Source of the DNA: an uncultured Actinomycetes bacterium
GTDB lineage: Bacteria > Actinomycetota > Actinomycetes > Streptosporangiales > Streptosporangiaceae
DNA: 64,000 nucleotides
Direction of reading: 5' to 3'
Assembly (NCBI GenBank): GCA_963837105.1
Contig: CAWIMG010000021.1
Coordinates: 1 to 64,000, forward strand
Shown in pieces: positions 52,061 through 62,527 of the stretch. The notes beneath the pieces were generated by a model. That model did not search any database, was not told the DNA's origin, and saw nothing but the letters and a program-made list of their open reading frames with translations. The translations under genes were made by a program, and so were the position numbers. How positions within the stretch are numbered: position 1 is the first letter of the stretch; each line of letters starts with the position of its first letter.

Positions 52061-52498
52061 CTACTCCCTGGGATGGACAAGCGCGGTGGCGCCCTCGATC
52101 GCAAGGACGTCAACCTTGGAGCCCTCGGAGATGACCGAGGACTCGTCGTAGGAGCGTGCCGACCAGATCTCGCCGCCGATGCGGACCCGCCCATGAAGCG
52201 GCGTGACTTCCTCGGTCACGATGGCGGACCGCCCGACCAGGGCGGACGTCCCGCTCTTCAGCAGCGGCGGCTGCCGGATGTGCCGCACCGCTAGCGGCCG
52301 CACGATGCCGAGACCTGCCCCGGCCGCGACAACGAAGGTGATGAGCTGAAAGGGAAGGCCCAGGCCCACCGCGCCGACGATGGCCGCTGCCGCCGCCGCG
52401 ACGGCCAGCAGGCCGAAGGCCAGCGTTGTCGTCAGGACCTCGGCAACGCCCAGCACCGCGGCCAGGATCAGCCAGACAATCCACCACTCCATGGTCAC
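52061..52498 (-). CDS. NfeD-family membrane protein (OB-fold)
   Basis: TM helices plus OB-fold (TPLHGRVRIGGEIWSARS); 3-bp gap to the SPFH gene, the classic operon arrangement. Confidence 0.8.
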   Translation of the reverse strand: MTMEWWIVWLILAAVLGVAEVLTTTLAFGLLAVAAAAAAIVGAVGLGLPFQLITFVVAAGAGLGIVRPLAVRHIRQPPLLKSGTSALVGRSAIVTEEVTPLHGRVRIGGEIWSARSYDESSVISEGSKVDVLAIEGATALVHPRE

Positions 52499-52750
52499 CC
52501 CCGGAGCGGGTGCCCGAGCAGCCAGTCCACCCGTGCGCGGACGCGCGGCTCTCCCGCGTCCCTGTACTGACAGTAACCCCCCGGTGCCGCGCCCACACCA
52601 TTGACCATTGCTGACGGCGCGGAGCCGCTATCCGTTCACCTACCGCTCTGCGGCGGCGGCCGGGCGCCGCGGCCACCGCTCCCGGTCCGTTTCCGGGCCT
52701 GGTATTCACAGCCGGCCGCGTGCGGGGCACCATGGTGCCACATGCCTGAT

Positions 52751-52782
52751 GGCCCACACCAGACTGAGGGCCCACACCAGAC
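52751..52782. repeat. Direct repeat GGCCCACACCAGAC, two copies with an 18-bp period, 35-65 bp upstream of the acyl-CoA synthetase start
   Basis: Read directly; an inverted repeat TACTG-A-CAGTA also sits at 52565-52575 in the same divergent intergenic region. Confidence 0.5.
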
Positions 52783-52814
52783 GGGCCTGACGGGCCAAGC
52801 CAGAGGGGACTGAC

Positions 52815-54473
52815 ATGACCGGCGTCACGGAGCCGTCCTACAGTCACGGAGCGTCCGCAGTGCCGCTGCTGGGCGAGACGATCGGCGCCAACCTGCGCCG
52901 GGTCGCCGCCAGCTACCCGGATAACGAAGCGGTGGTGGACGTCCCCACCGGGCGCCGGTGGAGCTACGGCCAGCTGGATGCCGACACCGACACGCTGGCC
53001 CGCGGCCTGATCTCGGCTGGCCTGGCGGCCGGTGACCGGGTCGGCATCTGGGCGCCCAACTGCGCGGAATGGATACTGCTCCAGTACGCGACGGCCAAGG
53101 CCGGGATCGTGCTGGTGAACATCAACCCGGCCTACCGCAGCCACGAACTGGCGTACGCACTGAGGCAGTCCGGGGTGCGGCTGCTGGTGTCCGCCGAGTC
53201 GTTCAAGACCAGCGACTACCGGGCGATGGTGACCGAGGTGCGGGGCGGGCTCGACCGGCTGGAAAAGGTGGTCTACCTCGGGTCACCGGACTGGCAGGCA
53301 CTGGCCGCCGGGCCGGCCCCGGCCGCGGGCGAGCCGGACCCGCTGGCCGCCCGCGAGGCGGCCCTGTCCTTCGACGACCCGATCAACATCCAGTACACCA
53401 GCGGGACCACCGGCTTCCCCAAGGGTGCCACCCTGTCCCACCACAACATCCTCAACAACGGTTTCTTCATCGGCGAGGGCTGCCGCTACACCGCGCAGGA
53501 CCGGGTCTGCATCCCGGTGCCGTTCTACCACTGCTTCGGCATGGTGCTGGGAAACCTGGCCTGCACCACGCACGGGGCCTGCATCGTCATCCCCTCCCCC
53601 GGCTTCGAGCCGGCCGCCGCCCTGGCCGCGGTCCAGGCCGAGCGCTGCACCTCGCTGTACGGGGTGCCGACCATGTTCATCGCGGAGCTGGCACTGCCCG
53701 GTTTCGCCGACTACGACCTTTCCACCTTGCGGACCGGGATCATGGCCGGGTCGCCATGCCCGGTGGAGGTGATGAAACGCGTGGTCAGCGAGATGCACAT
53801 GACCGAGGTGACCATCTGCTACGGGATGACCGAGACCTCCCCGGTGTCCACCCAGACCACCGCGGACGACGACATGGACCGGCGGGTCTCCACCGTCGGC
53901 CGGGTGCACCCGCACGTCGAGGTGAAGATCGTCGACCCGGAAACCGGCCTGGTGCTTCCCCGCGGCACGGCCGGTGAACTGTGCACCCGCGGTTACTCGG
54001 TCATGCTCGGCTACTGGGACGACGCGGCGCAGACCCGGTCGGCGATCGACGCGGCCCGCTGGATGCATACCGGTGACCTGGCGGTGATGGACGCCGAGGG
54101 CTATCTGAACATCGCCGGCCGGATCAAGGACATGGTCATCCGGGGCGGCGAGAACGTCTACCCGCGCGAGGTGGAGGAGTTCCTGTACGCGCACCCGGCG
54201 ATCGAGGACGTCCAGGTGATCGGGGTTCCCGACAGCCGCTACGGGGAGGAACTGTGCGCCTGGGTCAAGCTGCGCCCGGGCGCCACGCTCAGCCCGGACG
54301 AGCTGCGGGAATTCTGCTCCGGCCAGATCGCCCACTTCAAGATCCCGCGGTACCTGCGGATCACCGACGAGTTCCCGATGACGGTGACCGGGAAGGTGCA
54401 GAAGTTCAAGATGCGGGAGGTCTCGATCGCCGAACTCGACCTGGCCGAGGCGGGCCGCACCCGCACCGCCTGA
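52815..54473 (+). CDS. AMP-dependent acyl-CoA synthetase/ligase
   Basis: [12 protein letters not shown] (AMP-binding motif I); 552 aa. Confidence 0.85.
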   Translation: MTGVTEPSYSHGASAVPLLGETIGANLRRVAASYPDNEAVVDVPTGRRWSYGQLDADTDTLARGLISAGLAAGDRVGIWAPNCAEWILLQYATAKAGIVLVNINPAYRSHELAYALRQSGVRLLVSAESFKTSDYRAMVTEVRGGLDRLEKVVYLGSPDWQALAAGPAPAAGEPDPLAAREAALSFDDPINIQYTSGTTGFPKGATLSHHNILNNGFFIGEGCRYTAQDRVCIPVPFYHCFGMVLGNLACTTHGACIVIPSPGFEPAAALAAVQAERCTSLYGVPTMFIAELALPGFADYDLSTLRTGIMAGSPCPVEVMKRVVSEMHMTEVTICYGMTETSPVSTQTTADDDMDRRVSTVGRVHPHVEVKIVDPETGLVLPRGTAGELCTRGYSVMLGYWDDAAQTRSAIDAARWMHTGDLAVMDAEGYLNIAGRIKDMVIRGGENVYPREVEEFLYAHPAIEDVQVIGVPDSRYGEELCAWVKLRPGATLSPDELREFCSGQIAHFKIPRYLRITDEFPMTVTGKVQKFKMREVSIAELDLAEAGRTRTA

Positions 54474-54526
54474 CCCAGCCACCGGCACAGCCTGGCCCGG
54501 CCGCCCGCGCCGGTCAGCCGGGCCGC

Positions 54527-54748
54527 TCAGACGGTGGACGGGTCCGGGCTAGCCGCCAGGCTGGCGAGCAGGGTCTGAGTGGCGGCACTGATGGCGTCCA
54601 CCGCACGGTTGAATGCTTCTTCGTTGGCCGGATTCGGAAGACGGAAGCCCCCCACCGTCCGCACAAACTGGAGCGCGGCCGCTCGTACGTCCTCATCGGT
54701 TACCCCAACGGCATACGGTGCGCGCAGAGTCTTGATGTTGCGGCACAT
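54527..54748 (-). CDS. DUF2277-family small protein
   Basis: MCRNIKTL...AALQFVR.V.G conserved actinobacterial family. Confidence 0.55.
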   Translation of the reverse strand: MCRNIKTLRAPYAVGVTDEDVRAAALQFVRTVGGFRLPNPANEEAFNRAVDAISAATQTLLASLAASPDPSTV

Positions 54749-54797
54749 GGGATGACGTTACGCCTGCCTAGCGGGCAAGGGTGAGCGGTGGCGCAAA

Positions 54798-55181
54798 TCA
54801 GCCGGACGGGGCGATCCGCACCCCGAGCGGCAGGAGTGAGATCGGAATGATCTTGAAGTTGGCGAGGCCGAGCGGGATGCCGATCACGGTCAGGCACAGC
54901 AGCACCCCGGTCACCAGATGGCCGATGGCCAGCCACCAGCCGAACAGCACAATCCAGAGGACATTGCCGATCAGCGAGCCCACGCCGGATTCCCGGCGCG
55001 GGGTGATGGTCCGGCCGAACGGCCACAGCACGTAGTTCGCGATCCGGAACGCGGCGATGCCGAACGGGATCGTGATCACCAGGAAGAACAGCAGGAAGCA
55101 GAGCAGGCCCGCCACGGCGTAGGCAATCGCCATCCACAGGCCGCAGAGCACCAGCCAGATCAGGTTCAGGATCATCCGCAC
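54798..55181 (-). CDS. YccF/DUF307 inner-membrane protein
   Basis: Duplicated YccF repeat: WLVLCGLWMAIAYAV... and WIVLFGWWLAIGHLV... Confidence 0.7.
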   Translation of the reverse strand: MRMILNLIWLVLCGLWMAIAYAVAGLLCFLLFFLVITIPFGIAAFRIANYVLWPFGRTITPRRESGVGSLIGNVLWIVLFGWWLAIGHLVTGVLLCLTVIGIPLGLANFKIIPISLLPLGVRIAPSG

Positions 55182-55191
55182 GGAATCGCCC

Positions 55192-55830
55192 CTAGTCGCG
55201 GTGGCCGGTGAAGGCGAGGGTCAGGCCGAGGCCGATCATCGCCAGCCCGCCGAGGCCGCCGACCAGGGCCAGCCGCTGCGGGGAGCGGGCGAACCAGGCA
55301 CGAACCCCGCTGGCCGCCAGGCCCCAGGCACTGTCACAGATCAGCCCGATGGGCAGTGACACCAGGCTGAGCAGCAGCAACTGGACCGGCACGTGCCCGG
55401 CCGCCTGGTTGGCGAACTGTGGCAGCACCGCCGCGAACAGGATGTAGGCCTTCGGGTTGGTGACGCCGACCAGGAACCCCTCGCTGGCCGCGCGGCGGTC
55501 ACCGCGTGGCGCCACTGCCACCTCCAGTGCCACGCCGAGGGAGTGCCGGTGCCGGATCGCCTGAATGCCGAGCCAGGCCAGGTAGGCCGCACCCAGCAGC
55601 TTGATGACGGTGAACGCCGCGGCTGACTGCTGCACGAGCGCACCCACACCCAGCGCGACGCTGATCGCGACCACCTGCACGCCGAGAACGTTGCCCACGA
55701 CCGAGGCCAGTGCCGTCCGGCGGCCATGCGCCAGCGCCCGCCCGACCACGAACAGCACGCTCGGCCCAGGGATGGCGATCACGATCAGGCAGGTGAGGGT
55801 GAACCCGAGGAACTGGCCTGCCGATATCAT
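55192..55830 (-). CDS. LysE/RhtB-family amino-acid efflux protein
   Basis: 212 aa, six TM helices; N-terminal FLGFTLTCLIVIAIPGPSVLFVVGRALAHGRR is LysE-type. Confidence 0.8.
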   Translation of the reverse strand: MISAGQFLGFTLTCLIVIAIPGPSVLFVVGRALAHGRRTALASVVGNVLGVQVVAISVALGVGALVQQSAAAFTVIKLLGAAYLAWLGIQAIRHRHSLGVALEVAVAPRGDRRAASEGFLVGVTNPKAYILFAAVLPQFANQAAGHVPVQLLLLSLVSLPIGLICDSAWGLAASGVRAWFARSPQRLALVGGLGGLAMIGLGLTLAFTGHRD

Positions 55831-55983
55831 CGGGCCACCCTACCCGCCAGGGCCGGTCGTGCCCACCACGGCGGCGAGGCCCAACTGTGGCCTGGCCGCG
55901 GCCGCCGGGCGACAACCGGAGCGCTCTGACCGACGTCATAAGTGTCAGTTGGCTCATGGAGCCACCCAGCACGAGGGACCCCG

Positions 55984-56604
55984 ATGACTGCATTCGCACG
56001 CACCGCCCGGCACCTGACCGTGGCCGCCAGTCTCAGCTTCGCCGCGGCACTGGCCGCTGGCTGCGGCTCCAGCCCGAGCCCCGCCCCCACCCATACGGTC
56101 ACCATCACCCCGCACGCCTCGGCCAGTTCGCCCAGCGCGGCGCCCGCGAGCAGCACGGCGGCACCGTCCTCCCAGGCGTGCGCGACCAGTTCGCTCGGGG
56201 TCAAGCTCGGCCTGAGCCAGGGCGCGGCCGGCAGTGTCTACCAGGCGATCGATTTCACCAACACCTCGAGCGTGACCTGCACGCTCTACGGCTACCCAGG
56301 GGTCTCGGCCGGGAACGGGCAGCCGTTCACCCAGGTGGGCCTGGCGGCCTCGGAGACGCCGACCCCGCCGCGGAAATTGGTGACCCTGGCCCCCGGCGGG
56401 GTGGCCAACGCGCTGCTGCGGGTGGTGGACGCGGGCAATTACCCGCCGAACAAGTGCGCCATGGTGCCGACGAAATCGCTGCGGATCTTCCCGCCGAACC
56501 AGACCGTTCCGGTCTACCTGCACTACAGCACCCAGATGTGCGGCAAGCCGGTGCAGACCATGTCGGTCAGTGTGGTCCAGCCGGGCAGCGGCGGCAACGC
56601 CTGA
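55984..56604 (+). CDS. DUF4232 lipoprotein
   Basis: Lipobox LAAGC; DUF4232 pattern C..S.L...G..G....I.FTNTS...CTLYGYPGV. Confidence 0.65.
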   Translation: MTAFARTARHLTVAASLSFAAALAAGCGSSPSPAPTHTVTITPHASASSPSAAPASSTAAPSSQACATSSLGVKLGLSQGAAGSVYQAIDFTNTSSVTCTLYGYPGVSAGNGQPFTQVGLAASETPTPPRKLVTLAPGGVANALLRVVDAGNYPPNKCAMVPTKSLRIFPPNQTVPVYLHYSTQMCGKPVQTMSVSVVQPGSGGNA

Positions 56605-56628
56605 CTGACCCTCACGAGCTTGGCCCAG

Positions 56629-58969
56629 TCAGTTCCCGCGGATGGCTGAGGCGAACGTGACCACGTAGTCCTCTTGGGTGATGGTCTCCAGCGCGCGGGG
56701 GCCGCGTGCGGTCCGGACTGCCGCGATGGCTGCTTCCGCCGGCATCCCGCCAGCGACGAGGAAGCATGCGGCGATCGTTCCGCTGCGGCCGAGCCCGCCC
56801 ATGCAGGTCACTACCACTGCCTCGCCTCGCTCCGTTCCCTGGCGGCACCACCGCACGAGATCGATGGCGTCGGCGACATCGGGGGTGCCCTGGTCGGGGA
56901 CGGGGAGACGGCGGTAGGTGAGGCCGGCGGCCAGGGCGCGGGGGCCGAGGTCGGGGACGCCCACCCAGCCGAGCTCGGAGTCGGTCAGCAGGCTCAGGAG
57001 CCGGGTGACCCCCTCGGCCCGGAGCTGGGCCAGATCGGCGCCCAGGTCGCGGCCCCGGTCGCGGCGGCCGGGGCACAGGGTGATGCCGAGCCTGCCCGCG
57101 CCGGTCAGGCCCGGTTCAATCCAGCCCACCCGCAGGGCGAGTCCGGCTTCGACGGTGCGGGTGATCTGCTCGGCGAGCGAGCAGGCGGCCGCCAGCGCCG
57201 ACTGCTTCTGGAGCGGGGACGCTTCGGGGAAGCTGAGCGTGTGGGCTGCGTAACGCAGCAGCGCCACCTGGAGCTGCAGCGGGTGCCGGTCTTCCCGGCA
57301 TAGCCGGCCGCCGATCCGGCGCACCACCTGGAGCACCTCCCACGCCCGGAGGAACTGGGGGGAGCGCAGCTCGCCCGGGCGGTCGGGGAGTTCGGCCTGG
57401 AGGTCGGCGACCGATCTGAGGGCGCGGGTGATGGCGAGGGCCTCTCGTAGCTGGGGGGCATTCTCGATGGGCGTCAGCAGGTAGAGCAGGTCGTTCTCGA
57501 ACTTGGCCAGATCTTTCAGCACGTGCCCGGGGGCGGCGTGGAAAAAGTCGATGACCCAGACGTTGTGGTGGGAGTCGATCAGGATGTTGGCAGCGTTGAG
57601 GTCGCCGTGGACGTAGGCCACGTAGTGGTAATCGTGCGCTGGCAGCCGGTGGTGGGCCAGGAAGTCCTCGTAGAACTCGCAGACGTTGGGCAGCGATGTC
57701 CCCCCCGGGGAAGTCGAGCCTCTTCTGGCCCGAGCCAGCCGTGACGGCGGTGACAGCGCTGCGGACGGCCGGCCCAAGCCGGGGAGAGAACTGATAGTGC
57801 TCGAACAGGGGCATCCGCTCGTAGCGGGCCGCCGCGTACAGCGGGCCGAGGACGTCCTCGAACACGTTCCGGACCACGGAAATGATGCGGCGCGTTGCCG
57901 TATCGGCGGCGAACAGCGCCTGCAGCGTCCGGACCTGGCCGTGGCCCATATCGGCGTAGGCGTACTTGAGCCCGGCCCGCTCGCCCAGGTCGGCGAAGCC
58001 GCGGACCCGGGGGGCGTTGTTACCGAGCACGTCCTCGATGTGCTCGAAGGCGGCCCGCTCCTGGGCGATGGCCCGGTTCGGGCCCAGCTTCACCACGGCT
58101 GGCGCCTGGCGGTGCCCCAGCGCGTCCTGACTCGTCGCCCGCCACACCAGCGCCCCTGAGTAGCCACCGGAAATCGGCTCCAGATCCACCTGGGTGCTGT
58201 CCCGGAACAGGTGGGCGACGATGGCGCGATCTGCGGGGCTGAGGGCTACATCGACATTGGCGCCTCCGATCCGGGGCTCGAAACCGGGCGGGTGATGGGG
58301 AAGGGCCAGCTCTGCCCCGGGCCGGAGCCAGTCGGCGAACTCAGCCGGGGAGTCGAAGCAGCGTACGCCGAGGAGCTTCCCGAGCTGGGCCAGGGCGTTG
58401 AAGTGCTGAGCGCGTGAGGCACTTGCGGTCAGGGCGCTGCAGGTCGCCAGCTCATCGATGCCGAGCCTGGTCTTCAGGTCGTAAAGCAGGAAGCTCACCT
58501 TGGCCTCGGTCCACACCCCGACAACGCCCACGCGCAACGGCTCATCGCCATGGGCGTGCCGGATCCGCGCGAGTTGCCGGGCCAGATTCGTCCCCTCAAA
58601 GTCGTTCAGTGTCAGCGAGTCGACGATCCGCTCGTTGGTGGCGGCCATGGCCCGCTCATCCATGCCCAGCACGAGCTGAGCCCCGGCGGAGCCCTTGAGG
58701 CAATGTGGCCCGAATCGCTCCAGATGCTCGCGCTGGGCGGGGTCGCCGGGGTCGTGCCAGTCCCGGATGTGGATGAGGTCGATCGCATCTGGGGCCAGGC
58801 CGCGGGCCCAGTCGATCAGCTGCGCCAGCGGCCCCGCCGACGGCTCAGGCCCAAGCAGGCGGGCCGCTTCGCTATAGCCAACATGCAGCAGGTTCGGCAG
58901 GGGATCGTGCGGGCCGATGGGATCGACAAAGTCGCGCTGAAGGCACTGCGCGATCAGGACCGTGGCCAT
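56629..58969 (-). CDS. Multidomain fusion: Cys-less nicotinamidase/isochorismatase-like domain, APH/CotS-like kinase, CDKN3/dual-specificity phosphatase; apparent frameshift near 57700
   Basis: N-terminus aligns with PncA (VLIAQCLQRDF, IRDWHDPGD...GPHC, VGVVGVWTEAKV). The middle carries a kinase N-lobe (LEPISGGYSGALVWR...AVVKLGPN) and a catalytic loop HGDLNAANILID...VIDF. The C-terminus has the PTP CX5R loop VVVTCMGGLGRSGT. It spans ORFs 57116..59002 and 56629..57777. Confidence 0.55.
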
Positions 58970-59083
58970 GGTCAGGGCACCAGGCAGAAACCACAAGGCC
59001 ACGGGAACTGGCCTAGCGCGGACACCGGCCGGATATTATCACCTCGTTCCGTGGCCGGTTTGGGTGGCGAGTAGGACTGGAAC

Positions 59084-62000
59084 ATGGGGGAGCCGCAGCA
59101 GGCAGGTGCCGCCGCCGCGCCGGGCGAGCAGGCCCCGGCGGGCCGGGCGGGTGTGATTCTGACGCCGGATCAGCGGGTGCGGGTGTTTGTTTCCTCGACG
59201 CTGGGGGAGCTGGCCGAAGAGCGGGCGGCGGCGAGGCGGGCGATCACCCGGCTGCATCTGGTGCCGGTGTGGTATGAGTCCGGGGCGCGCCCGCACCCGC
59301 CGCGGTCGATGTACCGGGCTTATCTGGCGCAGAGCCAGGTGTTTGTGGGCATCTACTGGCAGCGGTACGGGTGGGTGGCGCCGGGGATGGGCATCTCCGG
59401 GCTGGAGGATGAGTACCGGCTGGCGGCGGGCATGCCGATGCTGCTGTACCTCAAGCGGCCTGCCCCCGACCTGGAGCCGCGGCTGGCGGCGTTCCTGGAC
59501 AGCATCCGCGCGGCCGGGACGGTGTCGTACCGGACATTTGCCACGCCACGGGAGCTGGAGCGGCTGCTGGCCGATGACCTGGCCATCTTGTTGAGTGAGA
59601 GTTTTGCGGGCGCGGCGGCCGGCGCCGGGGTGCCGCGTGCGTCGGCAGGTGGGATGAGTGAGCCGGCGGAGCCGGACCTGCCGGCTGGGACGGTGACGTT
59701 CCTGCTGACCGACATTGAGGGGTCGACCCGGCTGTGGGAGACCGTGCCCGACGCGATGGAAGCAGCGCTGGAGGCGCACAACCGGCTGCTCACCAGCGTG
59801 ATCGAGGACCATGGCGGGGTGGTGGTCACCTCGCGGGGGGAGGGGGACAGTTTCTTCGCCGTCTTCCCCAGCGCGGTCGCGGCGGTGGAGGCGGCCGGTG
59901 CGTGCCAGCTGGCGCTCACCTCCGAGCCGTGGCCGGAGGGGGCGGTGCTGCGGGTGCGGATGGGGCTGCACACCGGCGAAGCGCGCTCACCAGGCAGTGA
60001 TCACGTTGACCACGGGCCGGTCAACCGGTGCGCCCGGGTGAAGGCGGCCGGGCACGGCGGGCAGGTGCTGGTCACCAAGACCACCTGCGACCTGGTGGAA
60101 GGCCGATTGGGCGGCGGCCTGGACCTCAAACGCCTCGGCGAGTTCCGGCTCCGCGACCTGGCCCAGCCCGAACTCATCTACCAGCTCACCCACCCCCACC
60201 TCCCCACCGACTTCCCCCCACTCAAGACCATCCATTCCGGCAACATCCCGCTGCGGGCCACCTCGTTCGTGGGACGTGCGGACGAGCTGCACGCGGTCGC
60301 CCAAGCGCTGGCACAGTCGCGGCTGGTGACGCTGACCGGCGTGGGCGGCGTGGGCAAGACCCGGCTATCGATCGAGGTCGCGGGCCGGGCGGTGGGCGAG
60401 TACCCCGATGGCTGCTGGTTCTGCGATCTGGCGCCGGCACGTGACGAGGACACGGTGCTGCGGATTATCGCGGCGTCGCTGGGTGCGGCCCTGCGCCCGG
60501 GCCTGTCCATCGCGGCGAGCATCACCGAGCACTGCCAGGCGCGTCAGATGCTGGTGGTTCTCGACAACTGTGAGCAGGTGCTCGACCCCGCTGCGCAGAT
60601 CGCGGGCGCCGTGCTCCGGGAATGCCCCGGGGTCCGCATTCTGGCGACGAGCCGTCAGGCTCTCGACATCGATGGCGAGCAGGTCTTCGCGGTCGGGACT
60701 CTGTCGGTCCCTCAGCCCGTCACTACGGCCGAGCGCATCGCGATGAGCGATGCGGTGCGCCTGTTTGCCGACCGTGCCGCCGCTGCCCGGCGGGGGTTCC
60801 AGCTCGATGAAGGTAGTGCGCAGGCCGCGGCCGAGATCACCCGGCGGCTGGACGGCATCCCGCTGGCGATAGAGCTGGCGGCGGCACGCGCGGCCGTGTT
60901 GCCGGTTCCCAGGATCGCTGCTCTCCTGGACGAGCGGTTCCAGCTGCTTACCGGTGGCCGGCGGAGCGCGCCGGAGCGTCATCAGACCCTGCGCGCCACG
61001 ATCGACTGGTCGTACAGTCTGCTGACCGGCGATGAACAGCGGGTGTTTGACTGCCTCGCCGTGTTCACGGGCTCATTCGACCTCGACGCCGTAGCGGCCG
61101 TCACCGGGGCAGCCCCCGGGGCATGGGTCGTTATCGACACGCTGGCGGCTCTGGTGTCGAAGTCTATGGTCGTACCCGACCAGAGCCACGGGGCCGAGGC
61201 GCGGTACCGGCTGCTGGAGACGCTGCGCCAGTATGCGCTCGAGAGGTTGCGGCAGCGTGGCGAACTGGACCTGGTGCAGCGCCGCCACGCGCAACACTTC
61301 GCGGCGTTTGCCCAGCAAGCTGGCACCGCGCTGCTCGGGCCCGACGAATTGGCATGGCGGCCGAGGTTGTCTGCCGAGCAGGACAATCTCCGCGCGGCCG
61401 TGCAGTGGGCCCTCGGCTCGGACTCACCTGATGACGGCGAGTCCGCCCTGGTTATCGCGGCCTCACTGGCAGCCTATGCCAGCTTCGATACGACTGGGGG
61501 ACTCGCCAGCCTGGTGGTGCAAGCCGTCGAGCGGGCGCGCGCCTCGTCACTGGCACAGCGGGTCTTGATTCTCGGAGCCGCGGCTTTTCATGCTTTCCAG
61601 GTCCGCGGCGACGTTCAGCTTTCTGAGCAGCTGGCGCGTGACGCTCTGCGTGATGGGGTCACCCCTGAGACCCCGGGCACGCAGGCATATGCCGCCTTGA
61701 TCCTGAGTCAGATCTTTACCGGCCGGCTGCCGGAAGCACAGGCAAACCTGCGCGAAGCGCTGCAGGCAACCGCGCAGGCTGGGGTAGACGATCGCCCACG
61801 TGCATGGATGCTGCAAACCTCGGCGGCAGTACGCGCCATCATGGGGGACATAGAAGATGCGCGGGAGAGCGCTGATGGCGCTGTTGCCCTAGCGCGCAGG
61901 ATTGGCAGTCCGTCCGAGCTGGCCGCGGCCCTGTGGACGGCGAGCCTGACCAGGGTTCGCGACGAGCCGGACGAGGCACTCGCGTTCGCGGACGAGTCAA

Positions 62001-62458
62001 TCGCGCTCACCCGGGCGGGCGCGAGCGGCTCGGTGCTGGGGCACCTGCTCCCGATCCGCGCTCAGCTGGGGGCAGCGAACGGCGACGCTGCCGGTGCCGT
62101 GCGCGACCTCCGCGAAGCCCTCACCTACACCCTGGACACGGGCGACAAGGTGATGCTGATGGTGGCGTTCGACCGCGGCATCAGCGTCTTCCACTTCCTG
62201 GGCCTTGCCGAACCAGCGGCCGTCCTGGCCGGAGTGGTGCTCCGTGGGCCACTTGCCGCGCTGAGCATCCTGCCGCAGGCGGAACGGCGCGACCGTGCAG
62301 TCCTTCTTGATCATGTAAGGGAACTCATCGGTGGCGACACCTACGAGCGCGACCTGACGCAGGGTGCGGCCCTGAGCGATGACGAAGTGGTGGCATACGC
62401 CCTTGAGCAGCTCGACATCGCGGAGAGCAGGAACCCGGCACCCGCTCCCGGCACCTGA
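59084..62458 (+). CDS. DUF4062 / class III adenylyl-guanylyl cyclase / NB-ARC (STAND) ATPase / TPR-repeat protein
   Basis: DUF4062 (RVFVSSTLGELAEER...YWQRYGW...GISGLEDEYRLA), cyclase CHD (VTFLLTDIEGSTRLWE...GEGDSFFAVF...RMGLHTGEA), P-loop GVGGVGKTRL, then a helical/TPR region; intact 1124-aa ORF. Confidence 0.8.
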   Translation: MGEPQQAGAAAAPGEQAPAGRAGVILTPDQRVRVFVSSTLGELAEERAAARRAITRLHLVPVWYESGARPHPPRSMYRAYLAQSQVFVGIYWQRYGWVAPGMGISGLEDEYRLAAGMPMLLYLKRPAPDLEPRLAAFLDSIRAAGTVSYRTFATPRELERLLADDLAILLSESFAGAAAGAGVPRASAGGMSEPAEPDLPAGTVTFLLTDIEGSTRLWETVPDAMEAALEAHNRLLTSVIEDHGGVVVTSRGEGDSFFAVFPSAVAAVEAAGACQLALTSEPWPEGAVLRVRMGLHTGEARSPGSDHVDHGPVNRCARVKAAGHGGQVLVTKTTCDLVEGRLGGGLDLKRLGEFRLRDLAQPELIYQLTHPHLPTDFPPLKTIHSGNIPLRATSFVGRADELHAVAQALAQSRLVTLTGVGGVGKTRLSIEVAGRAVGEYPDGCWFCDLAPARDEDTVLRIIAASLGAALRPGLSIAASITEHCQARQMLVVLDNCEQVLDPAAQIAGAVLRECPGVRILATSRQALDIDGEQVFAVGTLSVPQPVTTAERIAMSDAVRLFADRAAAARRGFQLDEGSAQAAAEITRRLDGIPLAIELAAARAAVLPVPRIAALLDERFQLLTGGRRSAPERHQTLRATIDWSYSLLTGDEQRVFDCLAVFTGSFDLDAVAAVTGAAPGAWVVIDTLAALVSKSMVVPDQSHGAEARYRLLETLRQYALERLRQRGELDLVQRRHAQHFAAFAQQAGTALLGPDELAWRPRLSAEQDNLRAAVQWALGSDSPDDGESALVIAASLAAYASFDTTGGLASLVVQAVERARASSLAQRVLILGAAAFHAFQVRGDVQLSEQLARDALRDGVTPETPGTQAYAALILSQIFTGRLPEAQANLREALQATAQAGVDDRPRAWMLQTSAAVRAIMGDIEDARESADGAVALARRIGSPSELAAALWTASLTRVRDEPDEALAFADESIALTRAGASGSVLGHLLPIRAQLGAANGDAAGAVRDLREALTYTLDTGDKVMLMVAFDRGISVFHFLGLAEPAAVLAGVVLRGPLAALSILPQAERRDRAVLLDHVRELIGGDTYERDLTQGAALSDDEVVAYALEQLDIAESRNPAPAPGT

Positions 62459-62527
62459 TCCGCAGAACGGCTGACGCCCTCGACCCTGGCAAAGTGGCCG
62501 GCTCAGGTGAAGCCGAGCCGATCGGCG

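Noticed and set aside
54474-54531. Bidirectional terminator between the convergent acyl-CoA synthetase and DUF2277 genes
   Set aside because: Only a weak GGCCCGGC ... GCCGGGCC stem with a ~15-nt loop and no U-tract; not convincing as an intrinsic terminator
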